39,431 bases of DNA from Pedosphaera sp. (lineage in GTDB: Bacteria; Verrucomicrobiota; Verrucomicrobiia; Limisphaerales; SIBH01), in NCBI GenBank assembly GCA_031414955.1, contig JANOQV010000241.1:1-39431 (forward strand), given 5' to 3'. Position 1 is the stretch's first letter, and every line of letters starts with the position of its first letter. Below the pieces are notes generated by a model. It had not been told where the DNA came from. It searched no databases and saw only the letters and a program-made list of their open reading frames with translations. The position numbers were made by a program, and so were the translations under genes. Positions 36,753 through 39,431 of the stretch are shown in pieces.

Positions 36753-37838
36753 ATGAAACTCACGCCTCTCGTTCTCTTCGTGTTTGGCAATTTGCTCCAG
36801 GCTGCCGCGCAGCATCCGTTGGCTGTCCAGCGTCAACTTGCTGTGCAGCATCAACTCTCCGTGTCCACAAACCTTCACTACTTTCTCGTCTCCAATGCCA
36901 CGGCCATCACCGAGGTGCAAATGCGCGCCTACACGAACACCATCCCAGGCACGAACGTCACCTATGGCATGACGCTAGTTCGCGGCGGTGAATTCCTCAT
37001 CGGCAGTCCGGCGAGCGAAGCCGGGCGCAAGCCGGATGAAGGCCCGCAACGCCGCGTGCGCATCGAGCCTTTCTGGATGGGAACTTGCGAAGTGACCTGG
37101 GACGAGTACGAGGCGTTTCTGTATCGCGCCCGGCGGTACGCCAGTTACGTCACCGTGGATCGGAATCCTTTCACCAACACGCTCGCCGACGCGGTGGCCA
37201 TGCCTTCCATGCCCTACGTGGAATTGAGCATGGGCATGGGCCGGGAAGGGTATCCCGCCATCAACATGACGCAGCACGCGGCTAACAAATACTGCCAGTG
37301 GCTCAGCGCTTTGACCGGCGAGTATTACCGCCTGCCCACCGAAGCTGAGTGGGAATACGCCTGCCGCGCTGGCACGACCAACCGCTATTCCTTCGGCGAT
37401 GACGAGAAGCAGCTTTTTGAATACGCCTGGTATGAGCGCAACAGCGATTTCAAATACCAGAAGGTCGGACGCAAGAAGCCAAACCCTTGGGGCCTCTACG
37501 ACATGCACGGCAACGTCGCCGAGTGGACGCTCGACGGCTACGACCCTGGCGCCTACGCCACGGTGACGGATGGTATGCTCGGGCCGTTCGTGCGGGGCAC
37601 CAAGCCCTATCCCCATTCCGTGCGCGGCGGTTCGTGGAACGACGGGGCGGCATTGCTCCGCAGCGCCTCCCGCCAGTTCTCCGTTCCCAAGTGGAAGGAG
37701 CGCGATCCGAGCCTGCCCAAGAGCGCCTGGCACATGGTCGAGGCGGATTTCGTCGGCTTCCGCCTCGTGCGCCCGCTGCGCCTCCCGTCGGCGGAGGAAA
37801 TGCACCGCGCGTGGAACAATGGCGTGGAGTTGGAGTAG
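36753..37838 (+). CDS. FGE-sulfatase (SUMF1/EgtB/PvdO-fold) protein, secreted
   Basis: GGEFLIGS, DEGPQ, EVT..EY, YRLPTEAEWEYACRAG, PNPWGLYDMHGNVAEW, RGGSW, VGFR. Confidence 0.92.
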   Translation: MKLTPLVLFVFGNLLQAAAQHPLAVQRQLAVQHQLSVSTNLHYFLVSNATAITEVQMRAYTNTIPGTNVTYGMTLVRGGEFLIGSPASEAGRKPDEGPQRRVRIEPFWMGTCEVTWDEYEAFLYRARRYASYVTVDRNPFTNTLADAVAMPSMPYVELSMGMGREGYPAINMTQHAANKYCQWLSALTGEYYRLPTEAEWEYACRAGTTNRYSFGDDEKQLFEYAWYERNSDFKYQKVGRKKPNPWGLYDMHGNVAEWTLDGYDPGAYATVTDGMLGPFVRGTKPYPHSVRGGSWNDGAALLRSASRQFSVPKWKERDPSLPKSAWHMVEADFVGFRLVRPLRLPSAEEMHRAWNNGVELE

Positions 37839-37844
37839 GCGTTT

Positions 37845-38129
37845 GAACCGCGAGGCCGGAAAGCCTCGCCACCTGCCGACAGAAATGTCGGCGCCACGGT
37901 AATGGCCCATCATCGTAACGCCGGCTTTCCAGCCGGCAGGTAACGAGACTTTCCAGTCTCGTGCTCCTCCTGTGTTGTTCAGGTTGGAGTGTTGAGAGAG
38001 CCATTTGGAACGGGAGGATCGAAAGCCTCCCTACCTGCCGACAGGAATGTCGGCGCTACGGCGGTGGCCCGCTGTCGTAACGCCGGCTTTCCAGCCGGCA
38101 GGTGGCGACACTTTCCAGTGTCGCAGTTC
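37845..38129. repeat. Four double-hairpin REPs upstream of RAYT
   Basis: Copies at 37845-37898 (-), 37914-37966 (+), 38008-38060 (-), 38076-38129 (+). Consensus CGT(A/G)(A/G)C-GCCG(A/G)C-loop-G(T/C)CGGC-AGGT-second hairpin-GTTC. Confidence 0.9.
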
Positions 38130-38184
38130 CTCGCTTTTCATTTTCAACTCGACTGGCCCAGCACCGCGCGGATACCTCCACTCC

Positions 38185-38868
38185 ATGACTCCTCCCAGTC
38201 ACCGCATCGCCGGCCGTTACACGCGTGGCTATCTGCCCCACGTCCGACTGGAGGGCCGGCGCTACTTCGTCACCTTCCGGCTGGATGGCACTTTGCCGCA
38301 GGACGTGCTGGAAAATTTCCAGCGCGAACGTGAGGAGTTGATGCGCCAAGCGGATCGCGAAGGGCACCAGCTTTCCTGGGAGGAACAGAAGCGCCTCTTT
38401 GAACTCTACTCGGAGCGCATTGAATCCTACCTCGACGCCGGACACGGCGACTGCTGGCTGAAAGAGCCGCGGGTCGCCGAGATTGTTGCGAACGCGCTCC
38501 GCTTCTTCGTGAATTCACGTTACGCGCTCGGTGCCTTGGTGGTGATGCCGAATCATGTCCATGTTCTCGTGCGTCCGCTCGGTGAACACACGCTGGATTC
38601 CATCTTGAAAAGCTGGAAGGGCTTCACTGCGCGCGAGGCAAACAAGATTCTTGACCGCACCGGCGGACCTTTCTGGGCGCACGAATACTACGACCACTGG
38701 CTGCGCGACGAAGACGAGAAGGAGCGGTTCACGGCCTACGTGCATGACAATCCCGTCAAGGCGGGTTTGTGCGCGAGGCCGGAGGACTGGGTGTGGAGTT
38801 CGGCGCATCCGCGTTGGGCGCGCGGGGTTGGAACGGGAGGTTCGAAAACCTCCCTACCTGCCGACTGA
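38185..38868 (+). mobile_element. rayT: REP-associated tyrosine transposase (Y1 HUH, RAYT / TnpA-REP)
   Basis: GYLPH, YFVTFRL, VVMPNHVHVL (HUH), FW..EYYDH, YVHDNPVKAGL, WVWSSA. Flanked on both sides by REPs. Confidence 0.9.
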
Positions 38869-38937
38869 AAGTCGGCGTTACGACGTAGCGCCGACATTCT
38901 TGTCGGCAGGTTGCGAGACTTTCGAGTCTCGCAGTTC
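38831..38937. repeat. Two double-hairpin REPs downstream of RAYT
   Basis: 38831-38882 (-) overlaps the RAYT stop codon. 38884-38937 (+) reads CGTAGCGCCGACATTCTTGTCGGCAGGTTGCGAGACTTTCGAGTCTCGCAGTTC. Confidence 0.9.
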
Positions 38938-38987
38938 TTCGCACTGAATGTTTGAACCCCAATCACTCGTCTGAAATTCTCACAACT

Positions 38988-39431
38988 ATGAATCGCATCA
39001 CCTTGCTCCTCGCGGCGCTGTTTCCGTTGCTGTCCTTCGCTGCCGCGCCCGCGCAGCCCTTCGAGCTGCGCGAGGGCGACCGCGTGGTCTTCCTCGGCGA
39101 CACGCTCATGGAGCGGGAGAAGGATTATGGCTACATCGAGCTGATGATGACGCTGCGGTTCCCGGACCGGAACGTCACCTTCCGCAACCTGGGCTGGAGC
39201 GCGGATACGCCGGTGGGGATTTCGCGCGTGAGCTTCGACTGGCCGAAGGGCGAGGGCGAAATGTTCCGCCAGCTCATGGAGCAGGTCAAACAGGTGCAGC
39301 CCACGGTCGTGGTGCTGGGCTACGGCATGGCGAGTTCGCTGGAGGATGCGGCGGCGACGGAAATGGAACGGCTGGGAGCGCCGGCGTCCTCGCCGGCTTT
39401 TGACTCACGCACGCGCAAAGCCGGCGAGGAC
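38988..39431 (+). CDS. Secreted SGNH/GDSL-like domain protein, 5' part only (runs off the window; absent from the ORF track)
   Basis: Open frame of 148 codons: MNRITLLLAALFPLLSFA...GDRVVFLGDT...FRNLGWSADT...PTVVVLGYGM. Confidence 0.85.
   Translation, partial: MNRITLLLAALFPLLSFAAAPAQPFELREGDRVVFLGDTLMEREKDYGYIELMMTLRFPDRNVTFRNLGWSADTPVGISRVSFDWPKGEGEMFRQLMEQVKQVQPTVVVLGYGMASSLEDAAATEMERLGAPASSPAFDSRTRKAGED
39375..39431. repeat. GGAG-type REP doublet inside the coding frame (truncated by the window edge)
   Basis: GGAG-CGCCGGCGTCCTCGCCGGC. Segment 39386-39400 is the exact reverse complement of 39417-39431. Confidence 0.8.

Noticed and set aside
36753..37838. True formylglycine-generating enzyme maturing the DUF1501 protein
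   Set aside because: The catalytic Cys pair after RGGS is missing, the protein has a signal peptide, and no CxPxR sulfatase motif was seen in DUF1501.
37845..38129. CRISPR array
   Set aside because: Units alternate in orientation, spacers are irregular (15, 41, 15 bp), there are no cas genes, and an adjacent RAYT explains them as REPs.

Overview
GC-rich bacterial window. Gene content (DUF1549/DUF1553 cytochrome-c proteins, DUF1501, secreted proteins ending in an '...FYR' module) suggests a PVC-group organism, most likely Verrucomicrobiota (inference). In order: BatA/BatB-like vWA genes plus a TPR gene; a LamG-containing DUF1553 protein; two large convergent secreted proteins (one with a cysteine-free lysyl-oxidase domain, one with a CotH kinase and lamin-tail domains); a DUF1553-DUF1501 pair interrupted by a four-helix-bundle gene bracketed by three 55-bp heptamer-repeat modules; a membrane-anchored paralog of the soluble half of the DUF2723 protein; moeB, PNP and cdd; a hybrid sensor kinase lacking its phospho-His; a P1B-4 ATPase; an ECF sigma / putative anti-sigma / DUF2723 (TMEM260-like GT-C) operon; two hypothetical secreted proteins; an FGE-sulfatase-fold protein; a RAYT transposase with six double-hairpin REPs; and a truncated SGNH-like gene carrying an in-frame REP doublet. 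Best candidates for an undescribed system: (1) a TMEM260-like protein-glycosylation system, coinciding with a strong Thr-Asn dipeptide excess in exported proteins; (2) the four-helix-bundle/heptamer element, whose repeats also occur in-frame inside neighbouring genes. All family calls come from motif recognition by eye; no searches were run, and counts are manual.
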